DNA of 64,000 nt from Gnetum montanum. Its lineage: Eukaryota; Plantae; Gnetophyta. The DNA is taken from NCBI GenBank assembly GCA_015680685.1, contig MNCI01000828.1, forward strand, positions 194,219 through 258,218, read 5' to 3'. Position 1 is the first letter of the stretch, and every line of letters begins with the position of its first letter. The notes under the pieces are model-generated. The model made no database searches, was not told the origin of the DNA, and worked only from the letters and a program-made list of their open reading frames with translations. The position numbers and the translations under genes were made by a program. Of this stretch, positions 38,801 through 50,800 are shown in pieces.

Positions 38801-41800
38801 CATTTTGCTTCATCACCTTTGCCATATGGGTGAAGCTCCTTCCCCCTTTCTCTGATATGCTTCCTTAAGGTTCACTAGGGCAAGTTATAGTCAATGTTTA
38901 TTATCACATAGGGGAATTGCCTATTCCTCAGCGAGATCTGTGTGCTGTTCTCATGCACCCGATCTAGCTGCTACTAAATCTAGGCTATCTCCCTCTCTTC
39001 TTGCTCCATGTGCTCTCGATCCTTTCTCTCTTGGGCCTTCTTTAGGTGCACTTCCTCTTGGATTTGCTATTGGATCTTCTACCACAGGTTAGCCTCTAGC
39101 TCAAGCACCGTTGTTGCTTTTGCTAGGTCTTGACACTTCTTTTCCTCTTTTGATTCTTTCATGTTTCAGTGTTATATACTTTGATTATTATGGTAATATG
39201 GATTTGTAATTTGTTCAATCTTTGATGAAGCCTTAGTTGGACAAAGCCTTCTTAAAGGCAATAAATGTGGCTTTCATATGTTCTTTGTAAAGTTGTTCAT
39301 ATGCATTAGACAATCATTTGATTTTTTTCCCTTAGGATCATTTGTATTATAGTAATGAGAGACTCTAGAAGAAGGTTTTGCTTGTCTTTTAGGATATATG
39401 TGCCTATACTCCTTAATAATAATATCACCAAGCTTTTGTTTCTCATGGATAACATACTTTCATTGTTTGAGTAATATGGGTTTGTAATTTGTCAAATTTT
39501 TGATAAAGCCTTGGTTGGACGAAGCCTCCTCAAAGGTGGCAAGTGTAGCATTCACATAAGGAGGTTGTCCTTTTTTGGCTTAATTATAGATGAATTGGAG
39601 GAATAGATGCAAAATGCCTCTAATCATGATATGTTAGTGAATGGATTATTTTTGAACATGCTCTTCTTTGCAAATGATGTAGCCTTGATTGTAAAATTAG
39701 CTACAAGATCAAATTATATGATTCAAATTCTCCATAGCTATTACAACCATTCAGGTATGAAAGTTAATATTAATAAGACTAAAATTCTAGTTTGTGGTGC
39801 TAGACATAGAAATTACAATTTTCCCTTGAAGAAAAAAGGCTTAATATATGTGAATCTTATAGATATTTGGGAGTTGAATTTGCCAGTAATTATAGTTGGA
39901 ATATCCTAATTGCTCAAAGGATTTCAAGTGGCATGTGAGCTCTATTTGCTCTTAAGAAATTTTGGTAAGGATGATCAAAAGAAAACGTTTTTTTAGTCTT
40001 GTGCAACCTGGATTATTATATGGGTGTGTTACTTGGGGACCTATTGTTTCCACTCATGATTGGAAAACATTAGATCATGTTCAAAAAGAGTTTCTTGTAT
40101 GGGAATTTCAAGTGAAATTGTAGACTTCTTGTGATATCTTACTTTTAGAAGTAGATTTGATCCTTCTTAAAGTTGAAGCTCTTTCTCAATTTATTGCGTA
40201 GGCTCAAAAGTTAAGTCATATGGAGGAAGTTAATTATGCTAAAGGGATAATGAGTGTTGCACAAGAAAATGAATGATTGCATCAAGGAAAATTATGGCTT
40301 CAATCATGGAATAATGCTAAAGAGGATATTTCTTTTAATAAAAGGCTCTTCCATAAAACTATAAAAGAAAGTCTTGCTAAAGTTTGGTTGAACATATCAG
40401 GAAAAAACATTTTTATTTACATTTTTTCAGAGAAGGTTTATTATCTAGTACTCAACAATATCTATTTTCAGCTATTCTTATTCATTTAAGGAATCAAATT
40501 GCGAGGGCAAGAATGAGCTCTCATCATCACCTTATTGAGATAGGTCGTTGGATTAATTTACCAAGAGAAAAGCATATTTGCAAACTATGCAAACAAAGCA
40601 TAGAAGATTAAAAACATATTTTGTACTTTGTCCATGTTTAGCTCACATTTGATTGAATTATACTATTAATTGTAACTTATTTGTTGGGCATTACATCAAT
40701 GATGTTTTCAACTTTTTTTAGCACTATGTTGAGGCATTGTAATTGTGCAATAAATTCTTTAGATTTTTTGGACGTAATAAAAATTTCTGGTTTCCAGTTT
40801 CCAAAAAATTAAAAGAAATCAATTAATCCTTTTATTCTCTACGCTGAAACACAATTGCTTTCACTAAACAGTTTTGGGTTATGTAAGTATGGTAGCACTT
40901 GATGGAGTTGCCACATGATGAAGTGATGACCCAAAAAGTACAGAGGTGGGAAAAAATACATACTTAAGAGTTTAAAAACTATGATAAATCAAAGATAAAT
41001 AAAAGATCTCAATTGAACTTCTTGTTTTTGTATCTATAGATTTTAGCAATGTAATTTAGATATGTGCTAAGGGACCATCGTTTAGAGTGATGATAAGGTG
41101 CTTGTTTCTTAAGCTGAATACCTTGGCTTGAAGCTAGGCATACCACTCAAAGAGGTTGGGCTTTTGCTCAATTACCAATCTTCTCAGAACTCTGCTTAGC
41201 AGGGTGAGCACTGTGGCTTTGGGTGATGATCCTTTTTGATGCTAATGGAGATGTGTGCTAGTAGGTGCTAGAAATTTCTCATCGGAATGGCATATTAACA
41301 TAATGGAATGGCATATGAACATAATTTTATCCTTCTTATAATAAAGGTAGCATTTAGAGGAAGGTGGAACTATATTTTTTGAAGTTTTATGAGTAAGAAC
41401 TATTAACAAGTAATGTCCAATGCTCGACCCACATGAAGATAAATGGACACAAAGTCATAGTTATCTTTTTTAGTTGATGGGTAGATGTAAACTATTTTGG
41501 CCCCAACTCACCTTTATTTTGTATAAATTTATTTATTTTCACTATGAGAAATCACTTTTGAAGTTCTCCAAGTATGGCCCATATCATTTCTTATAAATTA
41601 TAAGACCATACATGAATGAAATGGCTTGTTTTGAAGGTAGTAAAGTTGCCATTCAACTTTCTTTGCAATTTTTATAACTTTCATTCTGAATTATCAATCT
41701 TGCATAACAGTCATTATGGCAGTCAAATTGTCGTTGCTAGTATCAACTTCTATTTTCAATTATCAACCCTACTAACCATTTAAAGTGCGAACCCAAGAAA

Positions 41801-44800
41801 GACAAAGGAGACAAAAAGCCAAAATCCAGCGAACCCCAAAATAGGGTAGTCGCATGTAAGGGTAGATGATCCACTCTTGGCCATGGATGACGTGTAGAAC
41901 AGCTTTGTGTCATTCTATGTTGACAAACGTCATAGCCTATTGGAAGTCCTTGAATGCTTCTAATTTGCTCATGCATTCCTTTGCATCCCCTTTACTATTT
42001 GGATGTAGCTCCTTCCTCCTCCCCCTAATGTGCCTTCTCAATGCTCCCTAAGGTGTTGCACCCACTGTTTATTATTAAATAAGGGCAATGCCCCTTACGC
42101 AACCAAGAACATGAACTATTTTCATTTGCTAGATCTAGTTGTTGCTAGATTTGGGCCACCTCCCTCTCTTCTTGTTCATGGTGTTCTTGAGCTTTTGGCA
42201 TCTGTGCCTCTTGGAGATGCACCTTTTCTTCCATTTCCTTCATGATATGTTTCTTGAGGTCCACCTCAAGCACTTGTAGGGTCGTTGCCTCCATCAGATC
42301 TTGGTGAATCTGTTCTTGCTTAGCCACCTTTGCCTATTATTGCTCAAACTATTCTAGTTGCCTTTGGAACTCCTCTTTCTTGTAACATCATTTGGCTTCC
42401 CAAAGCACTTGCTCCTCCACCTGCACCCATGTCACTGCTTCCATCATTATCTTTGTTTGTGGGGAGATCTATTCCTCACCCCCAAAGTCCATCTTCACCT
42501 TAGGACCCGTCACAATTGACCTATCCCTCCTCTGTTCTAGGGGGTGTCAAGGTTCTCTTCACAAGACACCCCCGAGAAACGCCCTTAGATGACTACATGT
42601 CCCTTGTCCCATGTGGTTCACTAGGATCCTTTGATCCTAATGTGAGGTCTACGACTATGGGAGGAATGCAACTAGATCTCCATTGATCATAAATAGCTTG
42701 GAAAGGACACCCTTGCAATTGCAACCAAATCTCCCCTCACGCTGCCATCCAAAGAGCCAATATCAGGCCTAAGTGAGTAGTTCTCCTTTGCCGATGCAAA
42801 ACAAGAAGGAAAAAGTGAGGAAAATTCATCGATTATCCCTTCCAAAGGCAACACATGAGTGTGAATTGCACCCCTAGCAACTTCCAAGTATGGTTGGAGT
42901 GCACAAAGAAGTGGCCAACCAAAACCATCACATCTTGTCAAAATGGTTTCAATGTTGTCTTGGGAACTTGGCCACTCATAGTCTTCAATATAGGCCTTGA
43001 AAAGAATTCCTAGGCATCTTGTAAAGCTCTTCCCCATAGTGAAACCTCGTCCCACTCTATTGGCATATGTAGGTAGTGTGCAATGGCCTCCTTTAAAAGC
43101 TCAATGTGCAGCCCCCAAAAAAACGTAAAATACCTTATTCAATTTATGTAGAATGTTCCATCCTTGATGTTGGGGTCTCCTTGTAGCAGTGCTAGCATAG
43201 TTGCCCACCCAACTCGCATTACCAAGCTCCATAGGATCAAGTTATCTTGGTACTTTCTATAGGATAGCTCAAAGGTGGGAGTAATCTCCATCACCAAATG
43301 TAACTTCCTCCATAATCTCACATCGACAAAAGCAACTTGTGCTAGTGGTGGTGGCAACACTCCCCTAAAAACTTGGTAATTCCATGCTTGCCCGAGCACA
43401 CACAAAATTGCTATGGCATGAGAATCATTGTCAAATCTAATTGTCTGGTGTAAATTTGTAGCCTACCACACTTGTTGTGAAAACATGCATTCTTGAACAA
43501 AATTTGTTATTGTTTCCACCTTTGCCATGCAGACGAGACATGTGGCGCAAACTTTAACCCCCTGCCACCATAACTTGTGTTGCATAGGTAATGTTGGATG
43601 ATTCACCAGCAAGATGAATGTTTTTATTTTCTTGGTAAGGTGCCTCGTCCATAACTATCGCCATCCCTTGATCTTCGTGTATTTATTTCTAATTAGCTAT
43701 TTGGGTTGTACATTGAAAGGCCTTGCTGTTATTACCTCTTGAATGTGTAAGTACACGGCCTACCAAATATATGCATCCTACCCAGAGGCCTCTCTAGGTT
43801 GGTACTTATTACACATGAGCATAATCTATTAAGCCTGATGAGAATTGTGTTGAACAAGACAATTCAGGAGCCCTTGGTGCCCCATGGCAATGACATCCCG
43901 AAATCGGAGGATACCAAGGCCTCCAACCTTCTTCGGTCTTACCACTCTATCCCACCCAACTAAATGCATTTGACTATTCCCTTTACCCTCCAACTAAGTA
44001 AAATTCCAAATAAGCCAGTCAACTTTCTATATGATATTTGTTGGAGGATAAGTTGCTAAAACTGTGTAACAAGCAATGGTAGATAACATTGACTTAGCCA
44101 AGAGCATCCTCCACGCCTGAGACAAAAATCGAGTCATCCAATGCCTAATCCTATCCTGCATCTACCAAAGTAGACCTACCCACACGTCTTCCATGCCAAT
44201 GATATAGAGGAAGCTCTAGGTAGCAATCGTTTGTGAACCATGGTAAAATCCCCAAAAATTGCACTATTGATTGTCAAGCCCTAGTATTTGTGCTTAGTAG
44301 GTGGACCATTGAATTACCTCAATTGATCTCCAAGCCAAGCTCTTCCATCATTTGTTGAGGCACTTTATTGATTGCAAGTGCCTGGGGCATCATTGCTTGA
44401 GAAAATAACATGTGGTCATTAACATATTATTTAACTAGGCAACGGACACCCCTAATATCCAAACCTCTAATCTCCTTTGTTGTGTAATATGTGTGCATTG
44501 TGTCCATTAGTAGAATATATAGATATGGTGACAAGGGGTCCCCGTGATGTAACCCCTTGCCCATGGAGGCAAACCCCCAAATCCCTCTCTTCAAGACTCG
44601 AGAGAAAGCTTCGGGCACTAGAATATGAACAAAGGTCCACAAAGTATGAATGGAAACCTTTTCTTAGAATGATTTCCTAGAGAATGTTGCAGGAGACCGT
44701 AAGCTTTCGTTATATCAAGCTTGAGGCACATACCCAGATATTAGGTCACTTGTAGCAAATGCATCACCTCCTATACCAAGATAATTTGATCTTGAATGTG

Positions 44801-47800
44801 CCTCCTAACGGATCCAACCTATTGCTCCCCAACTGATCTTGGCATCAAGGGGCCCATTCAGGCCACCAATATCTTTGTGAAAGTGAAGTAGGGTGTTACA
44901 CACCCCAATCGGCCACAAATGGAAAGGACCCAATTGGTTAGCCATTTTTGGAATAAGTACTAGGTAAGAACAATTAATTTACATTGAACTTGTGTTCAAA
45001 GTAGCATCACATTAAAAGCATCCAATAAGTTATCCCCCAAGACATCAATGAATGCCTAGAAAAATTCCATGGGCCACTCGTAAGGACCAAATGCTCTCCT
45101 CCCCTTCAGAGAAGCAAGAGCCACTCCCATCTTTGCCCTACTAAAAGGTGTTAGTAATAGCCTATTGTTATCCTCGTTTAAAATCTAGCCAATATCAATA
45201 GGGAGAGGCACTCTTGCCTTTCACTGCTAAATTCCCAACCAATAATCCATTAATCCTTGCACAATCTCTTGTTTCCCCTCCACCTTGTTGCTAGCTATCG
45301 TGATATGAAGTATCTATTTGGAAATTTGCATAAAATAGGCAACTACGAAAAGGAAACGAGTATTTTGGTCCCCCTCTTGAAGGCAACGTGCCCATCTCCT
45401 CTATCTCTAATAGATTTCCTCTTTCTCATTTAGATTCTAGAGTGGCACAAGCATCTCCTCCTTGTTATCCTCCAAAATACAGCTATGTTCCCATGTTGCT
45501 TGGATCACTGCTAGTCGTCCCATCAGCTCCCCAATGTAGGATCGAAAATAGTACCTATCCTTAGGCTTCAGCTCTCTAATGTTTTCTTTCAGCAAGGTCA
45601 AGCCTTGCCTAAGAAAATCCCTAGGATCAGAGGCCGAAGGGTAATCTTTTCAAATTTCTTCTACAAGTGGTTTCAACCAAGTTTTAGTCAACTAGAATCG
45701 TTCAAATCTGAAACGTGTCGATCTTCCTAACACCGAGGGACCAACCTAGCATAATAGGGACTTGTGGTCAAAAGCCACCTGCTCATTTCCTAGAACAACC
45801 ACCTCCCAATCTATGAGCAAGATTGGCCCCACCCAAACTTTGTCTATTTTTGTCATGACCCTATCCTTGCCTTTCCTCGGGTTATACCACGTAAACTAAC
45901 AACCCTTGTTGTCCATGTCCCCTTATGTGCACCTCTCCCATTCTCTTGGGGAGTGGTCACCTTTTCCCTAGGAAGCAATGTAGATCCTTTCTCCCAATGG
46001 TTCATTGTAGATACTTTCACAGGAGGCTGCAATGAAACACTCCACAAGGAACCTATGGAGTTCTCTACACCATAGGAGCATTAGCATTAGTCACCATGTT
46101 CTTGTATTTCACGTGAACTTTCTCCTCTCCTATCGATAGGTCAAGGATGGTTTTTTGCACCAGATTTTTTGGCGCAAGGTACCTCCAAACATAGAAATGT
46201 GCATATCCCATCATAGAGGTTGTGGACTTATCAAACAAAATGAACTCCCCAAAAAAACGTGACAAATGTTGATAGGAAGGTAGGTGTTCAAGTTTCTAAA
46301 GGGATCCTAGAAATCCAGATCCATATTGGAGCTTGAAAGAATAGATTTGGGTCATGATGTGCTCCAGGTTACCATTGGGTCAAGGCCAATCCCTTGGCCC
46401 CAAAAATCCAAGGTCCATCTAGAAGAACCTTGTCCCTATCAAAGGTTGTCTGGAAGATTAACAATAACAGGTCTTTGGGGAGGCTGCGAACCACCATTGG
46501 ACAAAAATGCCACTATGTTGCCACTCATTTCCGAATCACCTCCAACATAGGGCTTGCACCAGCTAAGATGAACTTCCCAATGAGACTCTGCTCCAAAGTT
46601 TGGATCCCCTCACTGAGGATGATTGTAATCCACAACTTTATGGAGCCCTCCTCCTGAACGCAGCCCTCAATACCTCTTGCCTTAGGGCCCTAGACATAGA
46701 GCAAACTCCTCTAGAACCCCCCAACCCTTATCCCTCACCAACACATACTGCCTCCCCCGAAGCAGCAGCCCTCATTGACACCTTCTCACTGCCTGTCCTG
46801 TCCCCAACCCCCAGGTGCCTGCCAGCACCACCAGGATCACCTGAGGCAGCCCCATCCTGGCTCCGTGCACCGGAGCCTCCCTATGCACCAGACTCAACTG
46901 TCTCTCATCTAAAACGAGAAAGTTAAACTTATTGAACTCATGAGTTATGAATAGCTGTACGTCGCCTATAAACTCCGGTTTCTTATAGATATTGTAAATT
47001 AAAGAAAAGCTAACATAAATTGTGGTTGTTAACTGAACATAAAAATGTTGCAATCCCATTCATGCTGAAACGTTATGGTGTCACCCGTGAATTCCACGTT
47101 GTTGCGTAAATATAAAAGATAATCACATTTATGCTGTAATGCGACTTGTAAATTGCTATAAGTTACCTCTAAACTCCAGCTCCTTGGAGTACTTCTGCAA
47201 CGACTTGGCTTTACAGTATACGTTACCTTTTACAGTTTCGTTATTCTAAGTCTCCTCAATTATTTTCGTAAAAATGGAATACGGCAATTCATTTTGGGTA
47301 TCTATGTTTTCTGAAAATGCTGATGCATGTTCTTTCTTTCAGTCACAATACGTTTTACTGCTTTGCACGTTTAAAGATCAGCTGCAATACCATGTTCGGG
47401 TGCACGCAATGGATGCTGTAATGGCATGCTTTGAAATAGAAAAGTCCTTCATGAGTTTGACAGGTAAAATTACGGCTTGACGGTACCATGATTTAAACTA
47501 CTAATCCGATCTTCTTTCTTAAGAAATGGCGTGTTCTCTTTCTGATTCCTCTTTTGGATGTTTCTGTGTATATATAACATATATATATATTCCATCGTGA
47601 AGGCTTGGCTTTGCAATAAATTCTAAGTATATTTCTTTTTCAGATTTCCTCTTACATGTTTCTGTGTATATATAATATATATATATATTCCATCGTGAAG
47701 GCTTGGCTTTGCAATAAATTCTAAGTATATTTCTTTTTCAGATTTCCTCTTACATGTTTCTGTGTATATCATGTATATATTCCATCATGAAGGCTTGGCT

Positions 47801-50800
47801 TGAGAAGAAATTCTGGGTATGCGTTTATATCAGGAGGTAAAAATAAATAAAATAGACTTGAACCTAAAAGTGCATATGAGATTAAAATTATTTTTATTTT
47901 ATTTAAACAAGTGTTCATGTGTCCCACCATTGCTGGCAAACTGGGCTCACTATCTAGCAAGGGCCAAGAACACGTAAATATGGCTAATGAGAATCATGGA
48001 ATATGTGTGACCTGGTGCAATGGGCATGGGTGTTAAGACATAACTGAGGGAATTCTGTAGCTATTAATTCACCAACTAGTTTAAGTTTAACGCTATTAAT
48101 TCACTGATTAGTTTAAGTTTAATGCTGATTGTTGTCTTCCCATGACTTTTCTATGTTTTCTCTTAGCTGAAGATTTTTGTTACAGTTCCTGTTAAGATGG
48201 TCACTTGAGTTGCAAGTAAAGAAATCAAGATATTATCTAAAGCAATCTTTACATCAATGGTGTATAAAAAATTTTAAAGCATTGTTATCTCATTTGGTTT
48301 TGACAAAAACATTGTTAATTAATGCATACATCTTTAGTATAGTAGAACCATATTCATTTTGTTAGTCTTATATATAAATGGCATCATACTGGCAAGTAGT
48401 GATTTGGGTTAGCTACATGAAATGAAATCCCTTTTCCAAAATTATGAGGTGTTAGGCTAGTGTTAAGATTCTTGATTTGAAAGTAATAAGTCATAGTTTC
48501 AATTCTTGTGGGCAATGTTGAGTTATAAAGTTTTCTGCACCTACATATTTTAGGATATACCTATATTACAGTCATTTCAGGGTTGAAAGGATTACTTTCC
48601 AAAACTTTAAGATGAAAAATTACTTGCTTGTAGGGGAGAATTTATTATATGCTATGAAATTATTTCCTTGACATGATGATTAAGAAATTTCAACTTTTGG
48701 CCTAAAAGCTGTTGATTGAATAGCAAGACCAATGAAAACTCATCGTGATAACTTTGGTGAAGTTTTTGTTTTTCAAGAATAAGAAAAGGTAGATGTTTTA
48801 AGCAAATTTGAAGCAAAAAGCATGAAGTTGATATTCGGCATATTAGCACTAAGTTAATGATTACTAATTCCATGACTAAAGTTTTACCAACAAAACAGTG
48901 TACAAGTCATGTGGATTATATAGGACTTATTAGTTCATTTTATGTATAATTTACTTCTTATTCTGATTTGAATACGGTAAAGGATTCTTGGATAATAAAG
49001 GACATATTACAGGTACATATAAAATTTAAGCATATCCATTTGCATATTTGTAAGACCTGAATTATTTTACAAAATGTCTATACATAAAGAAATAGTATAT
49101 AAATATATATTGCCCTACATGAAGGAAGTATTGAAGCTTAAGGATATGATTGCCATGATTCATGCATTGAGACCCTTTATTTAAGCACGAGGTTATAGCT
49201 AGATTTAAAACATGACCATGACACACTTATGGAAGAAATTCATTAATATATATATTTTTATTGATGGTTCAAAAGTACTTTAGTTGGAGGGCGTTAGTGC
49301 GGCTATGATGAAGGAAAGCTATAGCTAGAGTTAAAACATGACCATGACACACTTATGGAAGAAATTCATTAATATATATATTTTTATTGATGGTTCAAAA
49401 GTACTTTAGTTGGAGGGCGTTAGTGAGGCTATGATGAAGGAAAGCTATAGCTAGAGATAAAACATGACCATGACACACTTATGGAAGAAATTCATCAATA
49501 TATATATTTTTATTGATAGTTCAAAAGTACTTTAGTTGGAGGGCGTTAGTGCGGCTATGATGAAGGAAAGCACTAATTGTACTCTATTGGAGACTATTAG
49601 GGTTCCTAGCCTATCCTATAAAGAATTGGTTATGGTTATCATCAAGGTACGTAATCCAATAGCAGCAGGCCTAAGCAAATTCAACAAGGCTTTCTTTAAG
49701 CAGAATTTTCTGTGATTCAATCTTTTGCTAGCTTGAAAATGCCACTTAGTATTAAACTGCTATTCAGGCAGTAAGCTGCTCAAAGATTTGGTTTTTCTTT
49801 ATTATGTGTTACTTTCTGGATTGCATTTTCACCATGCTTTGGCTGCATTTGGTTGATTTGGTTTTTCTTTATTATGTGTTACTTTCTGGATTGCATTTTC
49901 ACCATGCTTTGGCTGCATTTGGTTCTGTGTTTGCCTTTTGTTGCACTTTGTTTTGCAGCTTCAATTTCAATTTAAATCCGACGTTTTCTGCTGTAAAGTC
50001 TAGCGATTCTCAAAGGTCAACCATTGTTTCAACGAAGCTTATAAACCTTAGGAGCGAGCATAGATGAAAGCGTGCTTGTGTGAAAAAATCCATAGCAAAA
50101 ATCTGTAGAAACAGTAGGTTGCCATGTTAAAAGGGAATGCCATTTAAAGACAAAAAAAAAAGACCTTTAGAGATCAAGTTTTGTTGCTGTACAGGGGATG
50201 TGGAAGAGAAATGACATGACCATGCCAGGAAATGGGAACGTTGCTCAGGATAAATCAGTTAAGTTTCATAAGAAAAGTCTATTATTTACGTACATTTGTT
50301 AAGTTATAATTCCTAGTTCATCATCGTCATAATCTAATCCAACTACTCCCAACTGTTAAGTTGTACGTATACTCAATTATCCATCCCATGCAATTTCTTG
50401 GAGCAATAGTATTTAACAACCCTGCAGATAGTTATTTACAGTATCTCAATGATGTTTACTTGATCCAAAGTATATTGTGTAGGTGAAGATTGAGGTAGGA
50501 CTTGGCTTTTCCTTTGGTTTTTGTTGGCAGAGGGTGGTTGAGAAAAATTGCCTGCTCTTATACCCCTTTCTGTGTAATGTTAGAAAATGAGGAATACAAT
50601 AGGAGTATGCATCGAAAAGCCATAGTTGTTGAAATATCGTAGAAGTAATTTTGGCAATGTGAAAATTAAAATTGCATTCTCTTATTTTATTTGAAATTTT
50701 TCAGTATGATCACGTCTCTAGCATCTAGGTATTAACAATCATTAGTTTTCTCACTGTAATATTAAGGAAACATTTCAGCACACATTTTGGAATTGCAAAG

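Larger units (their letters stand above)
48600..50070 (+). mobile_element. Copia remnant (RNase H C-terminus, PPT, LTR-like region) in intron 2
   Basis: [18 protein letters not shown]...HVDYIGL at ~48837-48930 (Copia ADPLTK motif); PPT-like AGTTGGAGGG followed by CGTTAG. Confidence 0.6.
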
